DNA from: Alphaproteobacteria bacterium
Lineage (GTDB): Bacteria > Pseudomonadota > Alphaproteobacteria > 16-39-46 > JAJRRM01
Length of the DNA: 64,000 bases
Reading direction: 5' to 3'
Assembly: GCA_024279475.1 (NCBI GenBank)
Contig: JAJRRM010000124.1
Location: forward strand, 3,942-67,941
Under the pieces are notes generated by a model, which saw only the letters and a program-made list of their open reading frames with translations, was not told the DNA's origin and did not search any database. Below, in pieces: positions 1 to 10,690 of this stretch (position 1 is the stretch's first letter; every line of letters starts with the position of its first letter). A program made the translations under genes and the position numbers.

Positions 1-61
1 TAATTGGAGGTATATTAGAGGTGATATTTATGATCCAAAACCTATTCTTCTTGAAAAATTT

Positions 62-2884
62 ATGGGAACAGGCGGTCTAGATGTTCTTTCGCATGCTATA
101 CGATTGTGCGCTGTGGGGTTTGATGGCATAGAAGCGCTTGTACGCGCTTGTACTATTTTAAGACCCGGCACAACTGAGAATGAAAACAGGCGTGTGGTTG
201 AAGAAATGTTTCCTGAAGATGATGAAGAGAAGGGAGATGACCTAAAAATTAAAAGAACATGGGGGGAAGCAGAAGAAGTATCACAGCAAAAGTTGATTAA
301 TAAAATAGCGGAAGTAAGATTTTATTTCAATGGCGTGCCAGGAGGTGAAGAGGGTCCTGAATTTGTTGGAAAAGAGCTATATTATAATAGCCTTTCTCTC
401 GAAGATGCTTTTAGTTCTTATCTAAGCTCTTACAGAGAAAACTTGTTACCTGGAGCTATAGAAATAATTCCAGGAGATCCGATTGTAGACCGGAACGATG
501 AGCGCGTAAATCCTGTTATCTGGAAAACAGCCTGTATTATGGAAAACTTGGATAAAAATGTTATAGAGGCTCAAGAGCAGTTAATTATAGATTTTGCACA
601 AAGAAGAGACAAATATATAGAGGATGAGGCACCTTATGGTCTTACGCCTGAAGAAGGTGGAAAAGTGGCTTACGCTGTCCTTTTGGAGGGAAGAGATGAG
701 GTGGATGCTTTTTATAGGGAAGTACTTCGTTCACGTCAACTTTCGGGGGATGCAGCTTATGCAGATATAGGTCCATTGGACTTAAGGAATGTGGCTATCT
801 TTATGGTACAGGAGAGATTAGATTTTGAGAGAGCTAATAATAAAAGAAGAATTGGTGCTATCTTTTTAAGATCAACATTACAGCTGCCAAAAGATAATAG
901 ACTAGCTATAGCTACAGCTATGGTTAATGAAGGAAAAACAGAAGAAGAGGCTGTAGAGGACTATCTAAGAGCCACTTATCCAGAGGATGCCTCTGGTTTT
1001 GTTGGATGGGCTGAGAAATTGATAGAGGGTCAAAGCCTTCCCTTTGTAATGGCTTTTGAGCAAGCAAGAAAGACATATGGTGATGGAGCGGGTTATGAAG
1101 GAAAAGATAAAGAAATTGTAAAGAATATTTTACGTTATTCTCATATGTTTGATGACAGACAAGTGCTATTAGAGGGTGATAATTTTGTAAAAGCTGTGAG
1201 AGCTTCAGGAAAGGCTGTGGAATACGGAGAAACCTATAGTGAGCTTATGTGTGAAGAAGATCTTGATATACTTTTTCAAACAGCATTAAGAGCTGAATTG
1301 TTAGAAATTACGAGTAAAGAGGCTTATGAACACTTTGGGGTTAGAAACCTATTTAAAGTTATAGAAGGAGTAATAAGGCAGAGACCTTTAGAAATTGGGT
1401 GTGCAGATCATGCTTTTGGTCCAAATGCTCTTAAAAGATATGCTAGATATCTTTTAGAGAAGGAATTTGATGAAAGGGCCTTTCTTGATTCTCCAGTAAA
1501 AGACTTAGTTTTATCTTATCGCAGGGCAAACAATCTCATACCAGATGCTATAATAGGTATGCGCGCTACTACAGGGACTCTCATGGCTCAAGGGTGGGTG
1601 GATTATAATAATAAAGTCAGAGAATTGAAGGTTTTTACTGATAGAGTACCTCAAAGGATAGAGCAAGCTAGGTTTGGCCCGGATCCTTTTCCTTATTGGA
1701 GTAGTGACGCAAGGCATCCTACTCGTAGAGCGTGGTTAGTTGAAGTATGGGATGCTCATTACGGCTCTTTTCCTGCAGGAAATCTTAGGATAAGCAGTCC
1801 AATGATAAGATCAGACATTCATTTTGTGGAGCCAGAGCTTCATGCACAGATTCCAAATCCTGTAAGTGCGGCAGAATACGGAGATATGTATAGAAGGCTA
1901 TTAGATTATATGAGAGCTAGAACCTTAGAGGAACTTTGCATCGTAGGCGAAGGAGGTATAAGGAATATGGCAGTAGCAATAGGAGGCATTAAAAGGTTTT
2001 TTGCGCGCGCGGCCTTTAATGAACAAACTGGCATCAGAGGTATTTTTAGTGGGGTAGCGTTCATTGATTATCCATTTACAGAAGCTAAAAAGAGCATTTG
2101 GCGCAAAAGAATTAAACGTGTAATGATGCAGCACTTTACACCAGATAAGCTTGAAGGTAATGTACAGGATACTAACCTGAGATTAGGTCAATGTGCTATT
2201 CAAGGTGTACAGTGTGTAGATGCTGCGTTTCAGGCCATGGTATCGTGGGAAAAAGGTCTGGTTATCCAAAACCCTACAATGCTTCAAAAGATAGCTGCTA
2301 GATTATCAACGCTTAGATCAGAGTTACTACAGGAGGAAGGGGTTAAATATGCTGCGAATGCAGGCAATAATCGTATTCAGCCGGAGTATGGACTATATAT
2401 GGTATTGGCATGTAGACATGATTTTTCAACAGTTTGTGGAGAAGACAGTCAGAAATATCATCACATGGTCCAATTTGGAAGGAGTAAACAAGCATTTACC
2501 GATACTTTTAAAAAGGTTCTAGACGCTTATTCTATAGCGTTAGTAACTGATAATATTATGAGTATGGTAACACGTGGTAAGGGAGCTTCTACAGATAGTA
2601 TTTACTATGAGGAACTTATCGAATGGGCGCATGCTCGTAGTCGAGACTATTGCAATTGCTCTGCAGAAGAGTTGTCAGCTATTTTGAATACTACTAATGA
2701 AGCAGTAGTAGCTGGTGGTGCTTATAGAGATGATGAAGCTGGCGGCGGCGGTGGTGCTGATGCAGCTGGTATCGGTGGTGGTGCTTATAGAGATGAAGCT
2801 GATGCAGAAGCAGCTCAACAAGTAAATCGCAGGAAATTTATAGGAGATTTACTTGAAGAAGAGAGGTGGATTTCAAGAAGGTAA
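62..2884 (+). CDS. large hypothetical protein (940 aa); the reading frame is open to the window edge, so the true start may lie upstream; C-terminal Gly-rich tandem repeat GGAYRD(D)EA
   Basis: Long ORF with no stop in frame from nt 2; no hydrophobic segments; C-terminus carries two GGAYRDEA-type repeats flanked by GGGGG runs; no family recognised. Confidence 0.5.
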   Translation: MGTGGLDVLSHAIRLCAVGFDGIEALVRACTILRPGTTENENRRVVEEMFPEDDEEKGDDLKIKRTWGEAEEVSQQKLINKIAEVRFYFNGVPGGEEGPEFVGKELYYNSLSLEDAFSSYLSSYRENLLPGAIEIIPGDPIVDRNDERVNPVIWKTACIMENLDKNVIEAQEQLIIDFAQRRDKYIEDEAPYGLTPEEGGKVAYAVLLEGRDEVDAFYREVLRSRQLSGDAAYADIGPLDLRNVAIFMVQERLDFERANNKRRIGAIFLRSTLQLPKDNRLAIATAMVNEGKTEEEAVEDYLRATYPEDASGFVGWAEKLIEGQSLPFVMAFEQARKTYGDGAGYEGKDKEIVKNILRYSHMFDDRQVLLEGDNFVKAVRASGKAVEYGETYSELMCEEDLDILFQTALRAELLEITSKEAYEHFGVRNLFKVIEGVIRQRPLEIGCADHAFGPNALKRYARYLLEKEFDERAFLDSPVKDLVLSYRRANNLIPDAIIGMRATTGTLMAQGWVDYNNKVRELKVFTDRVPQRIEQARFGPDPFPYWSSDARHPTRRAWLVEVWDAHYGSFPAGNLRISSPMIRSDIHFVEPELHAQIPNPVSAAEYGDMYRRLLDYMRARTLEELCIVGEGGIRNMAVAIGGIKRFFARAAFNEQTGIRGIFSGVAFIDYPFTEAKKSIWRKRIKRVMMQHFTPDKLEGNVQDTNLRLGQCAIQGVQCVDAAFQAMVSWEKGLVIQNPTMLQKIAARLSTLRSELLQEEGVKYAANAGNNRIQPEYGLYMVLACRHDFSTVCGEDSQKYHHMVQFGRSKQAFTDTFKKVLDAYSIALVTDNIMSMVTRGKGASTDSIYYEELIEWAHARSRDYCNCSAEELSAILNTTNEAVVAGGAYRDDEAGGGGGADAAGIGGGAYRDEADAEAAQQVNRRKFIGDLLEEERWISRR

Positions 2885-2895
2885 ACTTAGATTTC

Positions 2896-3642
2896 TTATG
2901 ACAGGTGCAAGAGTATTTCCAAATTTAAAGATTGGATAATGCTTTTGCGCAAGTGTATAAAGATTTTTTGTTTTTCTGAAAAAAAGTGTTTTTCTAGAAA
3001 ATAACTGGTAAGAGTAAGTCCATTTCGTACATCTTCAAATGTTGAGGAAGCTTCTTTTTTTGTTAAAAAATCAGGCAGTTTCAATAAATTGTCTTTATAA
3101 GGGGCGCCTGCTTCTAAGGTGGCAGCCCTGCCTGTTTTTGGCGATACATACGCAAGATTTTCTTGTCTGCCAGTAAGAGCGCATCTATTTATATCAAGGC
3201 CAAATCCCAGCGTATCTAATAGTTTTTTTTCCAGATGTACGTAATCTTCTCCCAATAGTATCATATTGGTTTTAGGGAGACTATCTTTCAAAAAGTTTTC
3301 AAAGTCGTAAAAAAGAGAAACGTAAGCATGATTCTCTGGCAAGATAAAAGTTAGCATAGTTGTTAAAGATTTCAGAAGAACGAGTTTTGAGGGGTGTAGA
3401 AAAAGAAAAGGTAACAAGTTAATCTGTGGCTCTATAGTAAGATTGCCAAGATGTGTTTCCAAGCGAGCTTTCCAGTAGATACTGCCGCCGACACCTATTT
3501 GCATACTATGTAAAGGTTTTTGTTTAGAGCCTTTTACAAGTCCTCTGATTCGGCCGTGTTTTTCTGTAAAAACATCTAAAATAAGGGATCTTTCAGAGAA
3601 AGTTTTCTGCGCTAGGATATAGCCTTTATCTTCCCACTCCAT
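2896..3642 (-). CDS. recO: DNA repair protein RecO
   Basis: 248 aa; N-terminus MEWEDKGYIL..RSLILDVFT..GRIRGLVKG matches RecO N-terminal OB-fold region. Confidence 0.75.
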   Translation of the reverse strand: MEWEDKGYILAQKTFSERSLILDVFTEKHGRIRGLVKGSKQKPLHSMQIGVGGSIYWKARLETHLGNLTIEPQINLLPFLFLHPSKLVLLKSLTTMLTFILPENHAYVSLFYDFENFLKDSLPKTNMILLGEDYVHLEKKLLDTLGFGLDINRCALTGRQENLAYVSPKTGRAATLEAGAPYKDNLLKLPDFLTKKEASSTFEDVRNGLTLTSYFLEKHFFSEKQKIFIHLRKSIIQSLNLEILLHLS

Positions 3643-3757
3643 CGAATAAATCTTATTTTATTATTATTAATTTTGTTTGAGATAGCATACCAATGCCCTA
3701 CATTTTTATCTATTTTTTCAAGAGAGTCTCTCATAGCTTTTAAATAAATATCTAGAC

Positions 3758-5581
3758 TTACTCCACTGTAACTGATTTAGCTAAATTTCTAGGTTGATCT
3801 ACATCTGTACCTTTTAGCAGAGCTGTTTCATAAGCAAGTAATTGCATAGGCAAGGTTAGAATGAAAGGCTGAATAAAAGTAGGAACAGTTGGTATTTCTA
3901 TCGTATGTATGGAAATAGTCTCTAATTTTTTCAGGCTTTCAGCATCACCTAGAGAAATAATTTTACCTCCACGAGCGGATGCTTCTTGCAGGTTTGATAT
4001 TGTTTTTTCAATCAAGTTGTCATTTGGAGCGAGGGCAACGATAGGCGTAAGCGCATCAATCAAGGCTATAGGTCCATGCTTCATTTCACCAGCAGCATAA
4101 GCTTCAGCATGGATATAAGAAATTTCTTTAAGCTTTAAAGCGCCTTCTAGAGCCATGGGGAAATTTGTACCACGGCCTAAATATAAAACATCGGTTGCTT
4201 TGGCTAAAGTACGTGCTGCAGTTAGACATTCCTGTCGAAGGTTTGGCATTTTTTCTAACCACATGGAAATGCTCTTTAAGCTTTCCAACAAATCAGAAAA
4301 TTCTTTCTGATTTATTTTTGTTTTTGCAAGCCCCAGAGTGAAGCAAGCAAGCGTCATAAGTTGGCAGGAAAAAGCTTTTGTGGAGGCTACACCAATCTCT
4401 GGTCCTGCAAAAGTTGGCCACATACTATCTGTTTCTCTAGAAATAGAACTATGAGTTACATTTACAATACTAATAGTAGGTAATCCTTTTGCTTTCACAT
4501 AGCGCAGAGCTTCTAGAGTATCTATTGTTTCTCCTGATTGAGAAATGAAAAGACAGGCATGGTTTTCAGCAGAGCCAAGGGCAGGCTGTCGATAGCGAAA
4601 TTCTGAAGCAATATCTACTTCTACAGGGATTTTGGCATATTTTTCTATCCAATATTTTGCAATGCAGGCAGCATAATAGGAAGTACCACAGGCAATGATT
4701 GTTAAGCGATTTAGCTTATTTTTATCAAAAATAAATTTGGGAAGAGAGAGCTCATTTTTTTCAGGCGTTAAGTAAGAGGATAAGGTTTCATTTAGCACAG
4801 TAGACTGTTCAAAAATTTCCTTTTCCATAAAATGGCGATAAGCCCCTTTACTAGCAGTTTGCGTGCTTAAATTTAGCGTATGAATAGGATGTTTTGTAAC
4901 CTTATTATCTTTATTAAAAATCTGATAATTTTTTTGTGTAATATAGCCCCAATCGCCTTCTTCAGGATAAATTACTTGATGTGTATAGGACGCTAAAGCA
5001 ATAGCATCTGAAGCAATATAATTACTATTTTCACCAATGCCAATAACAAGGGGGCTCCCTTTTCGGGCAAAGTAAATTTTATCTAAATCCATAGGTGAAA
5101 TAATAGCTAAAGCAAAAGCTCCTTGTAGGGATTTTAAGGTGGTCTCAAGGGCTTCTTTCATGGAAAGATTGTTATCAAGATAAAGAGTAAGGAGCTTAGC
5201 TATTACTTCTGTATCTGTTTGTGTTGTTGTCGTATAGCCCTTCTTATTAAGCATTTCACGTAACTCTTTAAAATTCTCAATAATACCATTATGTACGACG
5301 GCTACTTTTTCTGTAGTATGAGGGTGAGCATTTTGTTCTGATGGTTCTCCATGTGTAGCCCAGCGTGTGTGTCCAATACCGATAGTACCTGGCAGGGAAT
5401 ATTTTTTTAGTTTTTTTTCCAGGTTTATGAGCTTTCCTGTAGCACGAATACATTCTAAATGACCCTTGTCTAATGTGGCTATACCAGCAGAGTCGTAGCC
5501 TCTGTATTCTAGGCACTTTAGAGCAGAGACAATGTTTTTGGCTACAGGTTTTTGGTCAATAATGCCAACTATGCCACACAT
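3758..5581 (-). CDS. glmS: glutamine--fructose-6-phosphate aminotransferase (isomerising)
   Basis: MCGIVGI N-terminal nucleophile start with an internal Met preferred over the ORF-track start; SIS domains; about 608 aa; directly downstream of glmU. Confidence 0.93.
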   Translation of the reverse strand: MCGIVGIIDQKPVAKNIVSALKCLEYRGYDSAGIATLDKGHLECIRATGKLINLEKKLKKYSLPGTIGIGHTRWATHGEPSEQNAHPHTTEKVAVVHNGIIENFKELREMLNKKGYTTTTQTDTEVIAKLLTLYLDNNLSMKEALETTLKSLQGAFALAIISPMDLDKIYFARKGSPLVIGIGENSNYIASDAIALASYTHQVIYPEEGDWGYITQKNYQIFNKDNKVTKHPIHTLNLSTQTASKGAYRHFMEKEIFEQSTVLNETLSSYLTPEKNELSLPKFIFDKNKLNRLTIIACGTSYYAACIAKYWIEKYAKIPVEVDIASEFRYRQPALGSAENHACLFISQSGETIDTLEALRYVKAKGLPTISIVNVTHSSISRETDSMWPTFAGPEIGVASTKAFSCQLMTLACFTLGLAKTKINQKEFSDLLESLKSISMWLEKMPNLRQECLTAARTLAKATDVLYLGRGTNFPMALEGALKLKEISYIHAEAYAAGEMKHGPIALIDALTPIVALAPNDNLIEKTISNLQEASARGGKIISLGDAESLKKLETISIHTIEIPTVPTFIQPFILTLPMQLLAYETALLKGTDVDQPRNLAKSVTVE

Positions 5582-5582
5582 A

Positions 5583-6938
5583 TTATTTTCGTCCTTTTTT
5601 CTTTTGGTTAAAATCTTTTGTAAATTTTTGAGGGGCACGTGTTAAGGATAATGCATTATCTTGAACGTCTTCTGTGATAGTGCTACCAGCGCCTATAACA
5701 GCATTTTTTCCAATTTTAACAGGGGCAATAAGAGCTGTGTTTGAGCCAATAAAAGCCCCTTTGTCAATGTATGTTTTATGTTTTTTTGTACCATCATAGT
5801 TGCAAGTTATCACACCAGCACCAATGTTTGCATTAGATTCAATAAGGGTATCTCCTATGTAGGAAAGATGAGAGACTTTAACGTTTTCTTTAAGGTGACT
5901 TTTTTTAATTTCAACAAAGTTTCCAATTTTAGTTTTTTCCTCAAGAATTGTATCTGGACGAAGGCGAGCATAGGGACCTACTACAGATTTACTCTTAATA
6001 TGAGCTCCTTCAATATAGGAAAAAGCTTTAATGCGGACCTCTTTTTCTATAATTGTTTTAGGCCCAAGAATAACATTTGGCTCTATAATTGCCCCTGGGG
6101 CAATAGAGGTATCATAGCTAAAAAACAGGGTATCTGGAGCTAGTAAATGCACGCCTTGGCTCATAAAATGATAGCGCCAACGTTGTTGCAAAACACAAGA
6201 AACATGAGCAAATTCTGTAGCTGTATTAACGCCTAAACAAGCCTCATTATCTTGTGCTACAACAGCTGTGCATTTGAGTCCAGCAAGGGTAGAGACAAGA
6301 GGGTAATCTGTTAGGAAGTATTCTTTTTTTCTGTTTTGATTTTTAATTTTTTTTAAAAGGGTCAGAGCGTACTTTCCATTTAATAAGCAAATACCACTAT
6401 TGCATAAATCTTGGGGTTTAGCAGTTGTATTCAAGGGACGCTCAGAGGCTTCAGTAATGGAAAGAATTTCATCATCAAGAGCAGTGTTTAGAATACCAAA
6501 ACTATGCTGGTTAGCAGGAAGGCTCATAGCTAAAAAAGAACCTGACCAAGTATCTGAGACGTTATTTTTTTCTTTTATTAAGAGTTGCAAGTCTGAGGCT
6601 TTAATAAGGGGTGTATCTGCACATAAGATAAGAATATTAGCTGTATCTGTTAAAAAATCTTCTGCAGCAAGAACAGCGTGAGCGGTCCCAAGAGATTTTG
6701 TTTGTACAAAGATTTTCGCTCCCTTTTCTTTGGCATAGGCTTTAATTTTTTCTCCTTGGGGTGAAGCATTAGTAACAACAGCTATCTCTTGTATACCCGC
6801 GGCTTTCAGAGCATCTAACACATAGCCCATCATAGGTTGACCACACAAATCTATGAGGGGTTTGGGCACGATACTTTTCATGCGCATACTACGACCACCA
6901 GCTAAAATAACTGCTTTTAAAGCTCTCTTTTTTTTCAT
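5583..6938 (-). CDS. glmU: bifunctional UDP-GlcNAc pyrophosphorylase / GlcN-1-P acetyltransferase
   Basis: 451 aa; N-terminal LAGGRSMRMKS nucleotidyltransferase motif; C-terminal hexapeptide-repeat left-handed beta-helix region. Confidence 0.88.
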   Translation of the reverse strand: MKKKRALKAVILAGGRSMRMKSIVPKPLIDLCGQPMMGYVLDALKAAGIQEIAVVTNASPQGEKIKAYAKEKGAKIFVQTKSLGTAHAVLAAEDFLTDTANILILCADTPLIKASDLQLLIKEKNNVSDTWSGSFLAMSLPANQHSFGILNTALDDEILSITEASERPLNTTAKPQDLCNSGICLLNGKYALTLLKKIKNQNRKKEYFLTDYPLVSTLAGLKCTAVVAQDNEACLGVNTATEFAHVSCVLQQRWRYHFMSQGVHLLAPDTLFFSYDTSIAPGAIIEPNVILGPKTIIEKEVRIKAFSYIEGAHIKSKSVVGPYARLRPDTILEEKTKIGNFVEIKKSHLKENVKVSHLSYIGDTLIESNANIGAGVITCNYDGTKKHKTYIDKGAFIGSNTALIAPVKIGKNAVIGAGSTITEDVQDNALSLTRAPQKFTKDFNQKKKGRK

Positions 6939-7078
6939 TACTATCTACTATTTTAAATATAGTTCTATCATGGCAGGCTATTTTAACAAGACCAAGTTTA
7001 GAGTTGCGACATTTTGTAACAATGATTATAAGTAATTTTGAGGGATTAATTTTTATATTAAATAGACTTAGGTAGATA

Positions 7079-8614
7079 ATGAAGCTTATAAAATCTATAG
7101 CAACTGTTGGCAACTATACAATTCTAAGCCGTATAGTGGGGTTTCTCCGAGATAAGATTATGGCAATGTATATTGGTCCTGGACCTGTTATGGATGCCTT
7201 ATCCATAGCTATAAAAATACCAAGTTTTTTTAGAAGATTATTTGCTGAAGGTGCTTTTAATGCGGCTTTTATTCCTTTATTTTCTGGTATTATAACAACT
7301 GAAGGAAAAAAAGAAGCGCGGACGTATGCTGAAGAAATAATGGCCTGGCTTATATTTTTGATTGTGGGTGTTATTATTATTTTTGAAATTTTTATGCCTA
7401 CAATTATGCATTATCTAGTTTATGGATTTCGTAATACACCGGATCGAATGGAGATAGCTATTACGTTAACACGCATTACAATGCCCTATCTTTTGGTGAT
7501 TTCTTTAACAGCTTTATATGGTGGTATTTTAAATTCTTTAGATAAATTTATTTCAGCTGCATCTTCTCCAGCTGCAGGAAATCTTTTTTTGGTGTTTGCC
7601 CTTCTTTTAGCTAGAGATTACTTGGGCGAAGGGGGCTATATTGCTTGGATCATTTTAATTTCTGGGGTCGTACAATTTTTTTGGGTTTTTTTTCCGGCTC
7701 GGCATGAAGGGATGTCTTTAAGATTTATGCTACCGCGATTAACGCCTCAAGTACGGAAATTTTTTCAAAAAATGATTCCAGGGGCTATTGGCTCTGGCGT
7801 TGTGCAAATCAATTTATTTATAGGTACATTAATTGCTTCTTTTTTGCCTGTAGGTGGTATCTCATATTTATACTTTGCCGATAGACTCAACCAGCTTCCT
7901 TTAAGTGTTATAGGAACGGCTGTGAGCACAGCACTATTGCCAGTAATGTCTCGACAGATTAAAGCGGGTAAAATTAGCTCTGCTATGCACAATCAGAACC
8001 GTTCTTTAGAGTATGCTTTTCTCCTAGTTCTTCCAGCTGCTGTAGCTCTTTTTATAGCAGCTCTTCCTTTTGTACGTATTGTTTTTGAAAGCGATAAATT
8101 TGATTTTAACGAATCTGTGCAAACAGCCCATACTCTTCAAGCTTTTGCAATTGGTTTGCCGGCATATATTATGATTAAAATATTTTCAACGACATTTTTT
8201 GCTAGAGGTAATATGAAAACACCCGTTATTATTGCAGGTATAGGCGTTGTTATAGATATTATTTTAAGTGTTCTTTTGCTGTCGTCTCTTGCTTATGTAG
8301 GTATTGCTTTGGCTACGGCAGTAGCAGCTTGGATTAATGCTCTTACTCTTGGTATTGTGCTTAAAAAACAAGGTTTCTTAAAATTTGATAAAAAAATATA
8401 TCATTTTTTCCCACGTTGTTTTTTAGCGACAATTATCATGGGAGCGATTGTTTTTTGGATAACCATTCTAACAGAATCATGGATTACTAATTCAATATTA
8501 TGGAAATTTTTAAGTTTTTGTATAATTATAGGCGGTGGACTAGTTGCCTTTTTTTCTACGATACTTCTTTCTAAAGCTGTAGATTTTAAAGGAATGTGGA
8601 AAAAGACATTTTAA
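7079..8614 (+). CDS. murJ: lipid II flippase MurJ/MviN
   Basis: 511 aa polytopic membrane protein; N-terminus ..ILSRI.GF.RD..A..G.G..DA..A.KIP and overall MOP-family pattern. Confidence 0.88.
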   Translation: MKLIKSIATVGNYTILSRIVGFLRDKIMAMYIGPGPVMDALSIAIKIPSFFRRLFAEGAFNAAFIPLFSGIITTEGKKEARTYAEEIMAWLIFLIVGVIIIFEIFMPTIMHYLVYGFRNTPDRMEIAITLTRITMPYLLVISLTALYGGILNSLDKFISAASSPAAGNLFLVFALLLARDYLGEGGYIAWIILISGVVQFFWVFFPARHEGMSLRFMLPRLTPQVRKFFQKMIPGAIGSGVVQINLFIGTLIASFLPVGGISYLYFADRLNQLPLSVIGTAVSTALLPVMSRQIKAGKISSAMHNQNRSLEYAFLLVLPAAVALFIAALPFVRIVFESDKFDFNESVQTAHTLQAFAIGLPAYIMIKIFSTTFFARGNMKTPVIIAGIGVVIDIILSVLLLSSLAYVGIALATAVAAWINALTLGIVLKKQGFLKFDKKIYHFFPRCFLATIIMGAIVFWITILTESWITNSILWKFLSFCIIIGGGLVAFFSTILLSKAVDFKGMWKKTF

Positions 8615-8627
8615 TTAGATAAAAAAA

Positions 8628-8656
8628 TTGACATTTCTTGGAAAAGTGTTTACCTA
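8628..8656 (+). promoter_or_regulatory. candidate sigma70-type promoter upstream of rpsD (TTGACA, 17 nt spacer, TACCTA)
   Basis: Perfect -35 hexamer about 50 nt upstream of the rpsD start codon; the -10 is weak. Confidence 0.3.
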
Positions 8657-8707
8657 TCTACAAATGTATCGTTCTTGTAAGGACCACGTAAAAATCGGGC
8701 AATTTAT

Positions 8708-9322
8708 ATGACAAAACGCTTAAACGCAAAATATAAAATCAATCGCCGCTTAGGCGTAAATCTTTGGGGTCGTCCAGGCAGTCCATTTAACAGCCGTGAA
8801 TACGCACCGGGCCAGCATGGCCAGCGTCGTCGAAAGTTATCTGATTATGGTCTGCAGTTAATGGCTAAGCAAAAGCTAAAAGGCTATTATGCTAATATTT
8901 CTGAAAAGCAATTCCAGCGTTTATATAAAGAAGCTGTTCGCCGTAAAGGTGATACGGCTCAACATTTAATAGGTTTACTAGAGTCTCGTCTTGATGCTGT
9001 TGTATATCGTATGAGAGTAGTTCCTACGCCTTTTGCGGCACGTCAGTTTGTAAATCACGGCCATGTGCTTGTGAATGGTAAAAAAGTAGATATTCCTTCT
9101 TATATGCTTAAAGTTGGTGATACGGTAGAAGTACGTGAGAGATCTCAGGAAATCCCTATGATTCTTACTTCTATGAAATCATCTGAGCGAGAAACACCAG
9201 ATTACATTGAATTGGATAGCAAAGGATATAAAGGGACTTACAAACGTATGCCGGAGTTAAGTGATGTTCCTTACCCAGTTCGTATGGAACCAAACCTTGT
9301 TATTGAATACTATTCGCGTTAA
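8708..9322 (+). CDS. rpsD: 30S ribosomal protein S4
   Basis: 204 aa; strong identity to alphaproteobacterial S4 (KLSDYG.QL..KQKLK.YY, ARQ.VNHGH..VNG). Confidence 0.95.
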   Translation: MTKRLNAKYKINRRLGVNLWGRPGSPFNSREYAPGQHGQRRRKLSDYGLQLMAKQKLKGYYANISEKQFQRLYKEAVRRKGDTAQHLIGLLESRLDAVVYRMRVVPTPFAARQFVNHGHVLVNGKKVDIPSYMLKVGDTVEVRERSQEIPMILTSMKSSERETPDYIELDSKGYKGTYKRMPELSDVPYPVRMEPNLVIEYYSR

Positions 9323-9484
9323 TACATTTATTAGATATAAAAAAAAGGGGGGCGTTGCTCTCTTTTTTTTTAATAGGCTGGTATATATACCGATAATATA
9401 TAGGAGGCTAGAGCTATTTACTAAATTTTTAGGAGAATTAGAATAAAATTAAACAAGCTACAAATAGCAATTAACTTAGGTGCT

Positions 9485-10690
9485 TTGCTAGAGTATTATG
9501 ACTTTATAATATTTGCTATGTTAGCAAAATTTATGATGGAGGCTTTATTTCCTGATTTAGGAACAGAGAGTGTGTCTCTACATTTCCTTTTTTTCTCTTT
9601 AGGAGGGGTTCTTCGGCTAATAGGAGGGATACTATTTGGGAGTATTGGAGATAAGTTTGGGCGTCGGACGACTTTTCTATATATGACCATTTTTATGGCT
9701 ATAGCAACGTTCTGTATAGGTATTTTTCCAGCTATAGACAATTATACTATTGGTTTCTCTTGCTTATTTATTTTAAGATGTGTGCAGTCACTCTCTTTTG
9801 GTGGAGAAATATCAGGTGCTTCTACCTTTGCATATGAATCAGGCAGAGGATCTGGCAAGGGAACTTCCATAGGATTTGTCTTCTCTGGAGCTTCTATTGG
9901 TGCGCTCTTAGCTACAGCAACGCTGTCTTTCTTAACATTTGAGGTTTCTTCTTCACAGGTAATAAATGGGGGATGGCGTATACCATTTCTTGTTGGAGGG
10001 GTTTTAGGTTTTACTGTTTTCTTTTTGAGAAAATCCTTATATGAAACAAAAGATTTTCTTAAAACTGAAAAAATCCCGCATAAAAAATTTCTTATTTTGA
10101 AGCGCTATATCCCGGATCTTTTTTTTATTTTTACCTTACTTCTTTTTCCCCTCTCGCTTATTATGTTAAACATCTATTTTAGCTTTTATCTTTCCACATA
10201 TTTTAATATTCCTATTAAGCTTATTTATTCAGCGCAGACAGTAGGTTTGATAGCAGCTATTTTTGTTGCCCCTTTAGCAGGTTGGTTAACCTATCGTATT
10301 GCGCCAAAAACGTTGCTTAGTGGTGTTTTTATTTTCTTTATTACTCTAATGCCATTAATGTTAAACTTTAGCTTAGAGGCATCTTATTTATCTTTAGGGA
10401 GCTTTTTTATTTTTTGGCAAGTAATATTAACCTCTAGTTTGGTTTGGAGTATGTATTATACATTAAGGCGTTTACCTGTGGAAATTAGGGTAATGAGTAC
10501 GGGAATTGTATATAATTTTGCAGTTATGGTTGCTGGTTTTGTCCCAACGGCAATAGGTAGTATGTATCGTTATTTTGATAATCGTTATTTAGCTTTTTAT
10601 GTGGCTATAGGAATAGGATTTTTTTCAATGGGAATTTTCATTTATTATGAATTTTTTAGAAAAAAGACGCAAAAATTGCAATTTTCTTAA
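9485..10690 (+). CDS. MFS transporter
   Basis: 401 aa; 12 predicted TM segments; GDKFGRR motif in loop 2-3. Confidence 0.7.
   Translation: MLEYYDFIIFAMLAKFMMEALFPDLGTESVSLHFLFFSLGGVLRLIGGILFGSIGDKFGRRTTFLYMTIFMAIATFCIGIFPAIDNYTIGFSCLFILRCVQSLSFGGEISGASTFAYESGRGSGKGTSIGFVFSGASIGALLATATLSFLTFEVSSSQVINGGWRIPFLVGGVLGFTVFFLRKSLYETKDFLKTEKIPHKKFLILKRYIPDLFFIFTLLLFPLSLIMLNIYFSFYLSTYFNIPIKLIYSAQTVGLIAAIFVAPLAGWLTYRIAPKTLLSGVFIFFITLMPLMLNFSLEASYLSLGSFFIFWQVILTSSLVWSMYYTLRRLPVEIRVMSTGIVYNFAVMVAGFVPTAIGSMYRYFDNRYLAFYVAIGIGFFSMGIFIYYEFFRKKTQKLQFS

Noticed and set aside
3909-6681. Small antisense ORFs inside glmS and glmU (3909..4100, 5289..5516, 5778..6143, 6400..6681)
   Set aside because: They are embedded opposite highly conserved CDSs and have biased composition with no motifs.
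9261-9446. 61-aa ORF overlapping the rpsD 3' end and terminator region
   Set aside because: It has no RBS, is AT-rich low-complexity sequence, and overlaps the conserved rpsD stop region.
9323-9484. Possible rho-independent terminator after rpsD (A8-GGGGGGCG...T9)
   Set aside because: No convincing inverted repeat or hairpin could be drawn. It is only a G-run followed by a T-run.
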